DNA of 64,000 nucleotides. Source: Escherichia virus TH40. The position numbers were made by a program, and so were the translations under genes. The stretch lies in the sequence record MT446411.1; one strand, given 5' to 3'. The notes below the pieces were generated by a model, which worked only from the letters and a program-made list of their open reading frames with translations, had not been told where the DNA came from and ran no database searches. Shown in pieces: positions 1 to 8,863 of the stretch (position 1 is the first letter of the stretch; each line of letters starts with the position of its first letter).

Positions 1-8
1 ATAATTCA

Positions 9-467
9 TTATGAATTTGTTTTGTTCTCGAAGTGGATTACCGGACACATCTTAGATTTACGAGCTTTAATATATTGAATGAAAACATTTTCTTTAATTT
101 CCTTTCCTTCACGTTTAGCTTTAATGCGTTCCCATTCTTTTTCTTCTTTACGTAAATCGTACCAGGCCCATAAATTCATTAGACCATACATTAGACCAAA
201 TGCTACCGTCAGAATAAGAGCCAGTGTAGCTAGTCCTAAAATAAACCCTAAGCCTAAACCGACCGGGGTGCTTAATACAAAGAAATGCTCTAATACACCT
301 GCACCCGCGACAGTTAATCCAAAAACCATACTACCGATAAAAACGGCACAAACAAAACAAGCCCAAACCATTTTCCAGAAATAAGCACACAAAGAGTGTG
401 GACGAGAATGACGGTCATAAAAACGGTCGTGGAAACGAGCATGCCATGAGTTTGTATTGATAATCAT
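9..467 (-). CDS. hypothetical membrane protein
   Basis: 152-aa ORF with long hydrophobic segments (GLGLGFILGLATLALILTVAFGLMYGL) and charged C-terminus; no recognisable family. Confidence 0.45.
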   Translation of the reverse strand: MIINTNSWHARFHDRFYDRHSRPHSLCAYFWKMVWACFVCAVFIGSMVFGLTVAGAGVLEHFFVLSTPVGLGLGFILGLATLALILTVAFGLMYGLMNLWAWYDLRKEEKEWERIKAKREGKEIKENVFIQYIKARKSKMCPVIHFENKTNS

Positions 468-478
468 AATAATTTTCC

Positions 479-1039
479 TTAAGAGTTCATAGTTGGGATA
501 ACAGAGTTCAGATAAGAGACTAAAACTTTTAGCTCGTCCTTAGTAAATACCACTTCATTAAAACCATCGTGTACTTGGGTAATACATAGTTGGTCACGGC
601 CGCCATGTTGAACAACAGCCAGTTCAGTATTATAATTCAATTCTTCTTCGTCGCCATCAAAGGTTTCACTGGAGTGAATCAGCGCATCTTGACCTGGCAC
701 TTTCCATTCAACTTCTGGCTTACATTCTTCCTGGAAGAGTTTGAAAATACAATCAAAGAATTTATCAGAATCGCTGATACTTAGACATTTTTCATCTGTT
801 TCAATATTAAACCCGCCATCGTGCTTATAAATGCGAGCGCATACGTCATCGTTAATATCAAATACACCACTAAAACTACCGCTAAGATATTCATCTTTAT
901 CCAAAACCTTTAAATCATAAAGTGGTTTGATATCTTGGATAGTCAGTACGATTTTATCGTCTTCTTGACAAAGCTCAATTGCGTTATTAACTACTTTAGC
1001 GGTCAGTTCGCCAAACAATTCAGTTGTTTCAATAATCAT
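479..1039 (-). CDS. hypothetical acidic protein
   Basis: 186-aa ORF, tightly packed with neighbours on same strand. Confidence 0.5.
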   Translation of the reverse strand: MIIETTELFGELTAKVVNNAIELCQEDDKIVLTIQDIKPLYDLKVLDKDEYLSGSFSGVFDINDDVCARIYKHDGGFNIETDEKCLSISDSDKFFDCIFKLFQEECKPEVEWKVPGQDALIHSSETFDGDEEELNYNTELAVVQHGGRDQLCITQVHDGFNEVVFTKDELKVLVSYLNSVIPTMNS

Positions 1040-1051
1040 TTTAATTTCCTC

Positions 1052-1342
1052 TTAACGGTTATGTTTTAAAATACTATAAAGAGCTTCTACTTGGCTTGCA
1101 TCCAGGTAAATAACATCATCATCTTGCTCAATGGAAATACCACCAGTATTACCTGCAACAAAATTACATTCGCACACTTCAACGGGACGGTATACGTCAC
1201 CAACTGGATGCTCAGGCTCCAGAACAATAATACCATTTTCAGAATTACCACTAGGGTCATATAACATTACAGTTTCCTCGCTAACCATGAAAAGAATAAA
1301 CCAATTAAAACAGGCCCTACAGCCATTATTAACCAAGCCCAA
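1052..1342 (-). CDS. hypothetical protein (start uncertain; track start is TTG, first ATG at 1288)
   Basis: ORF in same-strand gene array. Confidence 0.4.
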   Translation of the reverse strand: MGLVNNGCRACFNWFILFMVSEETVMLYDPSGNSENGIIVLEPEHPVGDVYRPVEVCECNFVAGNTGGISIEQDDDVIYLDASQVEALYSILKHNR

Positions 1343-1358
1343 GGTTCAAGATAGTAAA

Positions 1359-1616
1359 TCATCTCATGCTCCTATGCCAACAGTTTCTTGGTTCACGTTT
1401 AAAAACTTTATCATGCATTGATTGGCAACCAACACAATATATCACACCTTTAATCGCTTGTCTCCGCGCTTCAGGAATTTTTTCATCGCAGTCAAAACAG
1501 AATTCAGCAGACTCCCTTTCAACTGCAACCTGTGCTCTTGCATGGGTGATAGCGGCTTGTACAACCGCTTCCATCTCTAACTGTTCAGCGCCATCTTTTG
1601 CAAATCCAACAGCCAT
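1359..1616 (-). CDS. DksA/TraR-type C4 zinc-finger protein
   Basis: 85-aa ORF with CFDC-x17-CVGC spacing typical of TraR/DksA zinc fingers. Confidence 0.5.
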   Translation of the reverse strand: MAVGFAKDGAEQLEMEAVVQAAITHARAQVAVERESAEFCFDCDEKIPEARRQAIKGVIYCVGCQSMHDKVFKREPRNCWHRSMR

Positions 1617-1798
1617 TATGCTTTCAACTCATTCAGATACTCAACCAAGGCTGCTTTAGAGTTAGCCAAATCTCGTTTACACTGCTCTATTCCGGAATAT
1701 GAATATCCTTCACAATGTTCTACTGCAATATCATAAGAATCACGTTCAATAGCAGTAGCAAGTTTAAGGATTTTTTCAATTTGTTCTAAAGTAATCAT
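1616..1798 (-). CDS. hypothetical small protein
   Basis: 60-aa ORF, ATGA-type overlap with downstream gene. Confidence 0.4.
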   Translation of the reverse strand: MITLEQIEKILKLATAIERDSYDIAVEHCEGYSYSGIEQCKRDLANSKAALVEYLNELKA

Positions 1799-1801
1799 AT
1801 G

Positions 1802-2005
1802 TCACCAGTATTTGTTAATGGTAGAAATTAATTCTTGGACTTGAGTATTTTTCAGTTTACACCCACAACTTTTTAATGTTTCTTTAAAAAGTTCAACATC
1901 TTTAAGTTGTTCCTTTTCCAGGCGGATTCTGTACCCCCCTGTAATCAGCAAATATACTTCTGTCATCAAATATCTTAATTTCAAGAATATGATTATTGGT
2001 TTCAT
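1802..2005 (-). CDS. hypothetical small protein
   Basis: 67-aa ORF; start not verified. Confidence 0.35.
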   Translation of the reverse strand: MKPIIIFLKLRYLMTEVYLLITGGYRIRLEKEQLKDVELFKETLKSCGCKLKNTQVQELISTINKYW

Positions 2006-2038
2006 ATTCCAATGAAACCATGGTATTTGTAAGTTTCA

Positions 2039-2242
2039 TTATTCCACCACATATGATAATGAGAAAATTGCTGATGAAAGATGAGTAGCATCTTCTTCAC
2101 ACAGTTCAAATGGAGCTTTCTGTAAGAGTTCAACCACTTCTTCATCAGTGGCACTGTCCATAAAGATTGCATAATCATTAAGATAGATAACAACCTCATC
2201 ACCAGTATTAACTGCATCAATCTTGATATTTTTAATTCTCAT
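2039..2242 (-). CDS. hypothetical small acidic protein
   Basis: 67-aa ORF preceded by GAGGAG SD and early-promoter cassette. Confidence 0.5.
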   Translation of the reverse strand: MRIKNIKIDAVNTGDEVVIYLNDYAIFMDSATDEEVVELLQKAPFELCEEDATHLSSAIFSLSYVVE

Positions 2243-2285
2243 TGTGTTCTCCTCAGTAGTTGATGGGATAATAGTACACCCTTTT
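2243..2285 (-). promoter_or_regulatory. early-promoter-like cassette (inverted repeat with -10-like element, then SD)
   Basis: minus-strand gggtgTACTATtatcccatcaactactGAGGAG upstream of ATG; member of repeated family. Confidence 0.4.
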
Positions 2286-2307
2286 TATGAGGATGTAAAC
2301 CCCTAAA

Positions 2308-2336
2308 TGAAAAAGGTCCACCCGAAGGCAGACCTT
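2308..2336 (-). terminator. putative intrinsic terminator (imperfect hairpin + T-run)
   Basis: ggtctgcc-ttcg-ggtggacc followed by tttttcattt on minus strand after stop of 2342..2725. Confidence 0.35.
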
Positions 2337-2341
2337 TTGAA

Positions 2342-2725
2342 TTACTCTAGTGTTAACAGATACTTAGTTTGAAAGAAAACTCCAACGATATCGTCCAGAG
2401 TCGATTGAATAGCCTTAGGTACAACTTTATAGACTCTTTCAGAGCTTTTAATCATTTCATCTAAAAACAAAATTGTATCTTTCGGCAAGTCCGAGGCGGA
2501 CGGTAATGCAGCTTTGTATTGTTTCCCACTGTAACCTAACCATTGTTCACTGAACTGGTCGAGTGGACCTTGGATTTCTGTGAAGTAGAAATCATAAGCT
2601 TTATGGCGGGCGTAACTTTTGGTTTCAAGATGGGCGGACTTAAAATATGCTAAAGAGGTTAATAGCCACCCAATGTATGAATCCACCTCAGACCCACGAC
2701 CTGTTACGAAATCATCGAATTTCAT
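2342..2725 (-). CDS. hypothetical protein
   Basis: 127-aa ORF. Confidence 0.5.
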   Translation of the reverse strand: MKFDDFVTGRGSEVDSYIGWLLTSLAYFKSAHLETKSYARHKAYDFYFTEIQGPLDQFSEQWLGYSGKQYKAALPSASDLPKDTILFLDEMIKSSERVYKVVPKAIQSTLDDIVGVFFQTKYLLTLE

Positions 2726-3008
2726 CTTCCAATTTTACCTTCATTAATTTAGCGTATTCGACTGCAGCAGCCCGGCCATCAATTTGACATGTGATTTCAT
2801 TTACACATTGACTCTTATTGTTCCATTCAGTTTTAATAAAAGCCCAAAATTGTTCGGACTGCTCGACGCTGGGTTCTTTGAATTGCGAATAGATTTGCAT
2901 CGCACTATCTGCATATTGTGTAAATTTACCATCTGTAGCAGAGGACAGATTTGGGCCTAAACAGCCCATTAGTAATAGACTTAGAGAAAGTCCTCGAATA
3001 AGGTCCAT
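2712..3008 (-). CDS. putative lipoprotein
   Basis: ATG at 3008 preceded by AAGGAG; N-terminus MDLIRGLSLSLLLMGC has signal peptide plus lipobox (L-M-G-C). Confidence 0.5.
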   Translation of the reverse strand: MDLIRGLSLSLLLMGCLGPNLSSATDGKFTQYADSAMQIYSQFKEPSVEQSEQFWAFIKTEWNNKSQCVNEITCQIDGRAAAVEYAKLMKVKLEDEIR

Positions 3009-3082
3009 AAAGGACTCCTTATTGTTGGTCATGATTACGCTTTGCAGCCTTAACATAGCGGAATACTAGTTAGTAACTGTAT

Positions 3083-3358
3083 TTATAATCTTTTAAACTT
3101 GAAACAATATATTGCAAATAAATCAGAAAAATGTCTATCAACCCATATTCTTTGCACTGGACTAGTAACAGTCAGCATATAATGTGCTTTTTGTAAATTT
3201 ATTCCATTTTTATTCGGGCATTCTTTATTAACAGAATGGTACGTGCTTGCTACTATTTCAATTTCCCTTTCATATCTCTCGCTATCTGTTTGTGTGGGGA
3301 TAAATGCAATTCCAGCAATAACAAAAATAGAGATATACGTCCAAATCTTATATATCAT
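3083..3358 (-). CDS. hypothetical protein with N-terminal transmembrane helix
   Basis: 91-aa ORF; IWTYISIFVIAGIAFIPT hydrophobic stretch. Confidence 0.45.
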   Translation of the reverse strand: MIYKIWTYISIFVIAGIAFIPTQTDSERYEREIEIVASTYHSVNKECPNKNGINLQKAHYMLTVTSPVQRIWVDRHFSDLFAIYCFKFKRL

Positions 3359-3365
3359 AAGGACC

Positions 3366-3938
3366 TCAGCTTGTCAATTCGAGCCAATGTTTCCTGCATA
3401 AAGATACGTACGATTCATTCCCACCAACTAACACTTGCTCGCCGTCCTTTACAGCAGCACCGTCGATTACTCGAGCGGTCATGGTTGCTTTCCGGCCGCA
3501 ATGGCAGACGCCCTTTAATTCAACCAGTTTATCCGAAATAGCCAGAAGTCTGGCTGAACCGGGAAATAACTGACCCCGAAAATCTGTTCTTAGCCCGTAA
3601 CACATAACGGGGATATTGTAATTATCAACCACTCGTGCTAACTGGTCAATTTGCTCTGGTAGCAAAAATTGAGCTTCATCGACCAGGACACAATGGATAT
3701 CCTTTTGAGACTCGGCCCATTTATAGAATTCAAACAGGTTCATGTCGGCCGTTACCAGGTTTGCTTCCTGGCTAATACCAATACGTGATTTAATTTCAGA
3801 TTCCGAGTCCCGATTATCAATAACAGGTTTTAGCAAAAGCACACTCATTCCACGCTCTTTATAGGAATAAGCTGCAGTCAGCAATGAAGCTGTTTTGCCT
3901 GCATTCATTGCTGCGTAATGATAAATTAAACTCGCCAT
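3366..3938 (-). CDS. tk: thymidine kinase
   Basis: 190 aa; P-loop AAMNAGKT and C-terminal zinc-ribbon Cys pairs typical of type II thymidine kinase; position as in T4. Confidence 0.9.
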   Translation of the reverse strand: MASLIYHYAAMNAGKTASLLTAAYSYKERGMSVLLLKPVIDNRDSESEIKSRIGISQEANLVTADMNLFEFYKWAESQKDIHCVLVDEAQFLLPEQIDQLARVVDNYNIPVMCYGLRTDFRGQLFPGSARLLAISDKLVELKGVCHCGRKATMTARVIDGAAVKDGEQVLVGGNESYVSLCRKHWLELTS

Positions 3939-3947
3939 ATCACCTTC

Positions 3948-4133
3948 TTATTCTGTAATACTTTCCAGATAATTTTCTAAATCGTCTGAAGCCTTATTAA
4001 GGGCTTCTAGCGCTTTATAATAGTCTTCACGGGAGTAATATTCTGTATGAAGTTCTTCGTCGTATTCGCTTTTAGCATCAACAACAGTTTCAATCATATC
4101 CAGAATTTTATTTTTCTGTTCTTTAGTAATCAT
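3948..4133 (-). CDS. hypothetical small acidic protein
   Basis: 61-aa ORF. Confidence 0.4.
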   Translation of the reverse strand: MITKEQKNKILDMIETVVDAKSEYDEELHTEYYSREDYYKALEALNKASDDLENYLESITE

Positions 4134-4141
4134 AATATACC

Positions 4142-4327
4142 TTAAAGAGTATTCACATAAGCAATTAATTCGTTTTCTTTCTCATCAAACCGATTAGCAA
4201 ATTCTTCCTGATGTTCGGCATCTATCGGGCCGTATCCATCATAAAAAGCGTTCGCTTCCGTATGCTCGTCCAAAAGCTCATGGATAAGCTCAAACAATCT
4301 ACTTTTCTGACTAATACTTAAACTCAT
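4142..4327 (-). CDS. hypothetical small acidic protein
   Basis: 61-aa ORF. Confidence 0.4.
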   Translation of the reverse strand: MSLSISQKSRLFELIHELLDEHTEANAFYDGYGPIDAEHQEEFANRFDEKENELIAYVNTL

Positions 4328-4530
4328 TTCGGTTCACCTTGTTTTACAAAGTCTGGATACGGTTGAAACCCGGAATAGAAACCAGCGCCTGCATGATTCA
4401 CACACCCTTTATTAGAACAATAGCACCAATAATCAAAGTCACATATCATTTCATCGTTGCATAAAGCAAAAACAACTGGCCATTTACACTTTTCACAGTG
4501 AGCATTTTTAAGAATACTAGTTTGACTCAT
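4324..4530 (-). CDS. hypothetical Cys-rich small protein
   Basis: 68 aa with multiple CxxC-like pairs. Confidence 0.4.
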   Translation of the reverse strand: MSQTSILKNAHCEKCKWPVVFALCNDEMICDFDYWCYCSNKGCVNHAGAGFYSGFQPYPDFVKQGEPK

Positions 4531-4981
4531 AATCCACCACTATCAAATCAATATCAGGAGTAAACATATCAATTAACCGGGAAACCTTATCCCAATCACC
4601 ACCTGCAATACCACAACCAATCCTGGGAATATAAATCACAGGCTTGAACAAAAGTGATTCTGCTTGTCGATTTAATTCTATCATGCAATTTACTAAAGCA
4701 CCATAATCCAGATTTGGACCCGGTTCATACTGGGTATAAAGGTTATAACACATACCAAATCCAGTTGGTTTATGTTTAAAAACGATAGACATATCACCGA
4801 GTTTTTCCCGGGAACCGTACTCAGTTGATGTCTTATCCATTTCTAAAATTTTTGGGTAAGCCTTTGCCAGTTGACCAGCAACGCCTGAACCCATTGTATG
4901 GAAGCAGTTACAGCCATGAGCTATGATGTTTCCTTCGAGAAAGAGGGCGACAATATCGCCCTTAATATAGTTAACAATCAT
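4517..4981 (-). CDS. macro-domain protein (ADP-ribose binding/processing fold)
   Basis: 154 aa; GDI...IIAHGCNCFHTMGSGVAGQL and IPRIGCGIAGGD match macro-domain motifs (compare E. coli YmdB N-A-A-N...GGGV and ISTGVYG). Confidence 0.6.
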   Translation of the reverse strand: MIVNYIKGDIVALFLEGNIIAHGCNCFHTMGSGVAGQLAKAYPKILEMDKTSTEYGSREKLGDMSIVFKHKPTGFGMCYNLYTQYEPGPNLDYGALVNCMIELNRQAESLLFKPVIYIPRIGCGIAGGDWDKVSRLIDMFTPDIDLIVVDYESN

Positions 4982-5337
4982 TTAGAGTTCAATCCTCTAT
5001 TATAGGAATCGACTAACCTGTCAACCATACTGGTGCAGGCCGCTTTATATTTGGCACTCGACAGAATACAATCCATTTCAAATAGTTTCTTTTCATATTT
5101 GTTGGATAAAGTACTCTTTTTCATAAGAGTGTGTTCAACATCATTTTGGCCGTCTTTATATGCCGCGGTGAGCTTGGCACTAAACCGGATTACACAATCC
5201 ACATTGCTTGATGCGCAATAATCTTTGGCCGTCCTCGTTGCATATTCTATGATGCTATTATTATCATCGCTCTGTACTGAAGCTATTCCTCCCGTGCTGA
5301 ATACTAACCCTATGGCTAAAGTTATGACTCTTACCAT
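4978..5337 (-). CDS. hypothetical secreted protein
   Basis: 119 aa with N-terminal signal-peptide-like MVRVITLAIGLVFSTGGIASVQS. Confidence 0.5.
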   Translation of the reverse strand: MVRVITLAIGLVFSTGGIASVQSDDNNSIIEYATRTAKDYCASSNVDCVIRFSAKLTAAYKDGQNDVEHTLMKKSTLSNKYEKKLFEMDCILSSAKYKAACTSMVDRLVDSYNRGLNSK

Positions 5338-5880
5338 TTAATCCACCATTTTTAATAGGCCTCGTGATTTTAAGTAGTTAGCTTTTTCTAGGACCTGTGA
5401 AGCATACGTATTTCCAGCTTTCACATTCCACCCTGCGTTATATGATGATAGTGTTTTTCTTATGTCCCCCTTGTGAATGTTCAACCAGTATGAAAGCTCA
5501 ATATAAGCCCAGCGCGCGCTGTTTTCTCTCTTGCTTATCATCTTGATTATTTCTTTATCTGTCATTGTCCACCCAACCTGTTTCACGCGTTCGCGCACGG
5601 TTGGAAGATAATTTTGGAATATACCATATGCATGATGCTTATCTTTATTTAATCCTGTATTAACACCAGCAGATGATTCCTGCCAGGTTAAACCAGCCAT
5701 GATATATCCCAAACCATTATGTTGGTGCGGATTTTCTTTGTACTTACCATTTTTCTGGAACTGTTCTCCAAATGCATACGCATATTGAAGATTTTCCATC
5801 TGTTCATTACTGAAAGTAGGCTCTACGCTATGGGCAGACATACTAACTGTCAATAGTAAGGTGGCGATTACTTTTTTCAT
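5338..5880 (-). CDS. lytic transglycosylase-like protein with signal peptide
   Basis: 180 aa; signal peptide MKKVIATLLLTVSMSAHS; TWQESS ... AYGIFQ resembles SLT-domain catalytic E-S and G-[LI]-x-Q motifs. Confidence 0.55.
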   Translation of the reverse strand: MKKVIATLLLTVSMSAHSVEPTFSNEQMENLQYAYAFGEQFQKNGKYKENPHQHNGLGYIMAGLTWQESSAGVNTGLNKDKHHAYGIFQNYLPTVRERVKQVGWTMTDKEIIKMISKRENSARWAYIELSYWLNIHKGDIRKTLSSYNAGWNVKAGNTYASQVLEKANYLKSRGLLKMVD

Positions 5881-5890
5881 GAATTCCTCA

Positions 5891-6349
5891 TTAGATATAA
5901 ATCACTTTTGTGCTAATTTTTCCTTCCAGACGATTAGAGTTAACAAACGCCATACGACAACACATGGTCGGAGACTTCCCAGGAAGAGCCGGGTTAACTG
6001 TCATTCCTAGCCATAAGTTCTTGTCTGTGATTTCCAGACGAAGTGGACGGTAGTTCACATTCGGGTCAATTTGTGCTTCAACTTCTGGAAGCGGTTCCAT
6101 TTTTAAGAATTCAACAATTTCTTTTACATGTGGTGTGATTTTTCCAAACAAGTCAAAAACATATTGTTCGTCAATTTCACGTTGGATTGCACGGTCCAAC
6201 AGGTGCGGACTGTACTTAATGAAGAATGCTTCAAGGCCTGCTTCTTTACAAGCCTTGTTGATAGCATTATTAATTTTGAGGAACTCCGTTTCAAAAATAC
6301 GACGAAGTTTATTGCGGCGAATGTAAACACTTGAATCGATAGTAGTCAT
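5891..6349 (-). CDS. regB: RegB endoribonuclease
   Basis: From ATG at 6349 (GGAG SD) the protein MTTIDSSVYIRRNKLRR...HLLDRAIQREIDE...RLEITD...CRMA closely matches T4 RegB. Confidence 0.8.
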   Translation of the reverse strand: MTTIDSSVYIRRNKLRRIFETEFLKINNAINKACKEAGLEAFFIKYSPHLLDRAIQREIDEQYVFDLFGKITPHVKEIVEFLKMEPLPEVEAQIDPNVNYRPLRLEITDKNLWLGMTVNPALPGKSPTMCCRMAFVNSNRLEGKISTKVIYI

Positions 6350-6392
6350 GATTATCTCCTTTTGTTTGATGGGATAATCATAACTCATTTCA
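6350..6392 (-). promoter_or_regulatory. early-promoter-like cassette
   Basis: minus-strand gagttatgattatcccatcaaacaaaaGGAGataatcATG; member of repeated family. Confidence 0.35.
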
Positions 6393-6405
6393 ACCTGCTT
6401 GTACA

Positions 6406-6711
6406 CTATTCTTTAAAACGAATTAGCTTATTTAATGACTGTGAGACTTCAGCACGAACAGCGTGTAAATTCTTAAGCTGTTCAAGGCGTTGCTCGTAGT
6501 AAGCAATTTCATCTTCTTCAAGACAGTCGTTTGAATCTTCTTTAAGATAGTTCCCGTAGTCCTGAAAGGCCTTACGAATAACTTCTTGGAAATCGTCTAG
6601 ACTTTGAATTTTTGGTTGTTTCGATGTGAATCCAAACGGATTGGAATCATTTATGCGGCGATGAGAAGCGGTTGATAACTCATAACCAAAACCAGAATTA
6701 ATCTGCGCCAT
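6406..6711 (-). CDS. hypothetical protein
   Basis: ATG at 6711 overlaps upstream stop (TAATG). Confidence 0.45.
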   Translation of the reverse strand: MAQINSGFGYELSTASHRRINDSNPFGFTSKQPKIQSLDDFQEVIRKAFQDYGNYLKEDSNDCLEEDEIAYYEQRLEQLKNLHAVRAEVSQSLNKLIRFKE

Positions 6712-6974
6712 TAGTATTTTTCCTCGGGTCGAAATACTGCACGACATGCCCACATGCTGGCTTCTTTTAGATGTTGCTTAGCATACTTAAGAGCCTGCAC
6801 TGCATCCATATCTTCTTTGGTTTGTTGCTCTGTTTCATTTTCTTTCAAGATATATGCTTCTTCAATCAGAGCATCAAACATCAATCCAAGACGGACTTCT
6901 GCATCTTTAATAGCGTTCACTTTACCGATTTTATCATCGGTATGTGGCTTGTAACCTTTGATATCTTCAATCAT
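6711..6974 (-). CDS. hypothetical protein
   Basis: ATG at 6974 with GAGGAAG SD; ATGA overlap with upstream gene. Confidence 0.4.
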   Translation of the reverse strand: MIEDIKGYKPHTDDKIGKVNAIKDAEVRLGLMFDALIEEAYILKENETEQQTKEDMDAVQALKYAKQHLKEASMWACRAVFRPEEKY

Positions 6975-7189
6975 TTCACTTCCTCGCCAGTTGCGATATC
7001 GTATTCTACCAAACGAAGTCCGTCGGTCCACCCTTGCACGGAGATATAAGTGCTAGGATAAACCAGTTCTTTACCGTTCCACTGACCACCGTCCCAAACT
7101 TCCAGAAAGTCTTGTTCGCCCGGGCCATTAAACCATTCAACGAATCTTTTCAAGGCTGCATCAGAGCCTTCAATCGTCAGTTTAGACAT
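6971..7189 (-). CDS. hypothetical protein
   Basis: ATG at 7189; track start at 7204 is GTG. Confidence 0.4.
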   Translation of the reverse strand: MSKLTIEGSDAALKRFVEWFNGPGEQDFLEVWDGGQWNGKELVYPSTYISVQGWTDGLRLVEYDIATGEEVK

Positions 7190-7478
7190 ATTTTTTCCAG
7201 TCACTAATTAATCGCACATCCTGGTCATACGTCAGGAGGCTACGAGTTATAATACCCTTACATGGTCCAGAAATAAATTCCAGAGTAAAGTAAGGAACCA
7301 ACTTCATCAAGCGAATACTCGGAGCAGTGCAACGAAATCTGGACCCAATAAAAGGTCCAGACAAAAACACATACTCAAAGAAATTAGCTTTATTAAAGAT
7401 TTCAAAATTCTTTACGAAATCCTCAGACCTAACCTTTGGAATAAAATAGATTTGGTCAAAAAGCTCTTCATGGGTCAT
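7182..7478 (-). CDS. hypothetical protein
   Basis: 98-aa ORF. Confidence 0.4.
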   Translation of the reverse strand: MTHEELFDQIYFIPKVRSEDFVKNFEIFNKANFFEYVFLSGPFIGSRFRCTAPSIRLMKLVPYFTLEFISGPCKGIITRSLLTYDQDVRLISDWKKYV

Positions 7479-8023
7479 TATTGCATTCCAATCACAAAAA
7501 ATTGAGGACGAACTGTTTCACCCGTTTTAAAACAATGAGCATGACAGCAGTGTTGTACAGTTTTCATATGGATATCGTAAATCTTGTCCATATCAGGAGC
7601 TTTAATAGGTTCATCAATTATATACAATACGCGTGAAAGTGCAAGGCCACGGAATTTAGAACCTTCATTACCGATAAAGCTACGTAATGAATCATGGAAA
7701 AGCCGGTAACGAATATCTTCCGCGCTAAAACGAATAAAATCATTTTTGATAGAATCGGATGAAATTCTTGCATAAGCCGAGGTATTAGACAGGACAATTA
7801 CTGTACCTCCGTCATAAATCCAGTTAGCGGCAAAATTAGTTACTGCAGTAGATTTACCTGATTGTCGCCCGCCATCCATACGGAGTGTGCAGTATTCTTT
7901 GAGCAAGACTTCCATTGGAGGAATATAACAATCGGTCTTACAAAGTTCTTCTATTCGAGCATCAGAATGGTGGGTAAAAGCATTCATCAGGGATAGATAA
8001 GGTCCAGTTAAAAAAGTTCTCAT
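7478..8023 (-). CDS. P-loop NTPase-like hypothetical protein
   Basis: 181 aa; Walker-A-like GGRQSGKST and Walker-B-like LYIIDEP. Confidence 0.5.
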   Translation of the reverse strand: MRTFLTGPYLSLMNAFTHHSDARIEELCKTDCYIPPMEVLLKEYCTLRMDGGRQSGKSTAVTNFAANWIYDGGTVIVLSNTSAYARISSDSIKNDFIRFSAEDIRYRLFHDSLRSFIGNEGSKFRGLALSRVLYIIDEPIKAPDMDKIYDIHMKTVQHCCHAHCFKTGETVRPQFFVIGMQ

Positions 8024-8110
8024 ATTGTTTCTCTTAAGGTTTTGGGGCCATTCCTTGGCACATTAATTCGTCCATGTATCCGAATGTAAACCCCTTACCG
8101 CACTCGGGCT
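8024..8110 (-). promoter_or_regulatory. putative early promoter
   Basis: minus-strand GTTTAC -35-like, about 17 nt, ATTAAT -10-like, then AAGAG SD and ATG. Confidence 0.3.
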
Positions 8111-8187
8111 CGACCTTATTACAGGTAGGGAAAGGTCCATCACTCAGAGGACACGACGTTCATGAGGAGAGGGTCGGTTTGCCTTTA

Positions 8188-8487
8188 TTAAAAAGAACCA
8201 GAGCCTTTAATTGTGTTCTGGCGACCTTTATTTTCGAATTCAGAATGGTCGATTTCGTATGCTTGTGCTACGCCAAAGGCCTTTTTAACTTTAGCTAAAG
8301 AACCTTTAGTTGTAACAATATTAAAAGTATTGCCTTTGGTAAAATCAACCAAATCCACTTGCACCCCTTGTTTACCAAGGCTTGCTACAATAGCATCAAC
8401 ATATTGTTGGTCTAAATTGCCTTGAACCCCAATTTGAAATGCTTTAGGAACTTTGGCTTCTGTGATAAATTCTTGATATGTTTTCAT
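8188..8487 (-). CDS. internal-protein-like head protein with capsid-targeting sequence (CTS)
   Basis: N-terminus MKTYQEFITE matches T4 IPII/IPIII CTS MKTYQEFIAE, with I-x-E prohead-protease cleavage motif. Confidence 0.7.
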   Translation of the reverse strand: MKTYQEFITEAKVPKAFQIGVQGNLDQQYVDAIVASLGKQGVQVDLVDFTKGNTFNIVTTKGSLAKVKKAFGVAQAYEIDHSEFENKGRQNTIKGSGSF

Positions 8488-8500
8488 ATTGTTTCTTTAA

Positions 8501-8815
8501 TCAAGCTTTAGGGAAATCGCGCAAAAATGCATCATAAAGTTTATTACCAATGCGACGAAATGCTTTTGCTGCATGAACGTTATCTGGGTTTGCAATTTTA
8601 ATCTGCATTACATGACTACCAGCCCATGATTTAGCTTCGTCATAATAACCTTTAATTTCTTTAATAGTCTTGCGTTTTCCACCAGGACCATCAACAGTAA
8701 TTTTCCACGAACCAGTGCTTGTTTCACTTGGTGGGGTTAACTGTTCAATCCAGACATAACCACCTTCAACACGTTGTTGAGTAGATTCAGTAATAAATTC
8801 TTGATAAGTTTTCAT
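8501..8815 (-). CDS. internal-protein-like head protein with CTS
   Basis: ATG at 8815 gives MKTYQEFITEST...; track start 8854 is an upstream extension. Confidence 0.7.
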   Translation of the reverse strand: MKTYQEFITESTQQRVEGGYVWIEQLTPPSETSTGSWKITVDGPGGKRKTIKEIKGYYDEAKSWAGSHVMQIKIANPDNVHAAKAFRRIGNKLYDAFLRDFPKA

Positions 8816-8863
8816 TTTATATTCCATTGTTTGGTTGATAAAATCATTATACAACCTTTTTAG

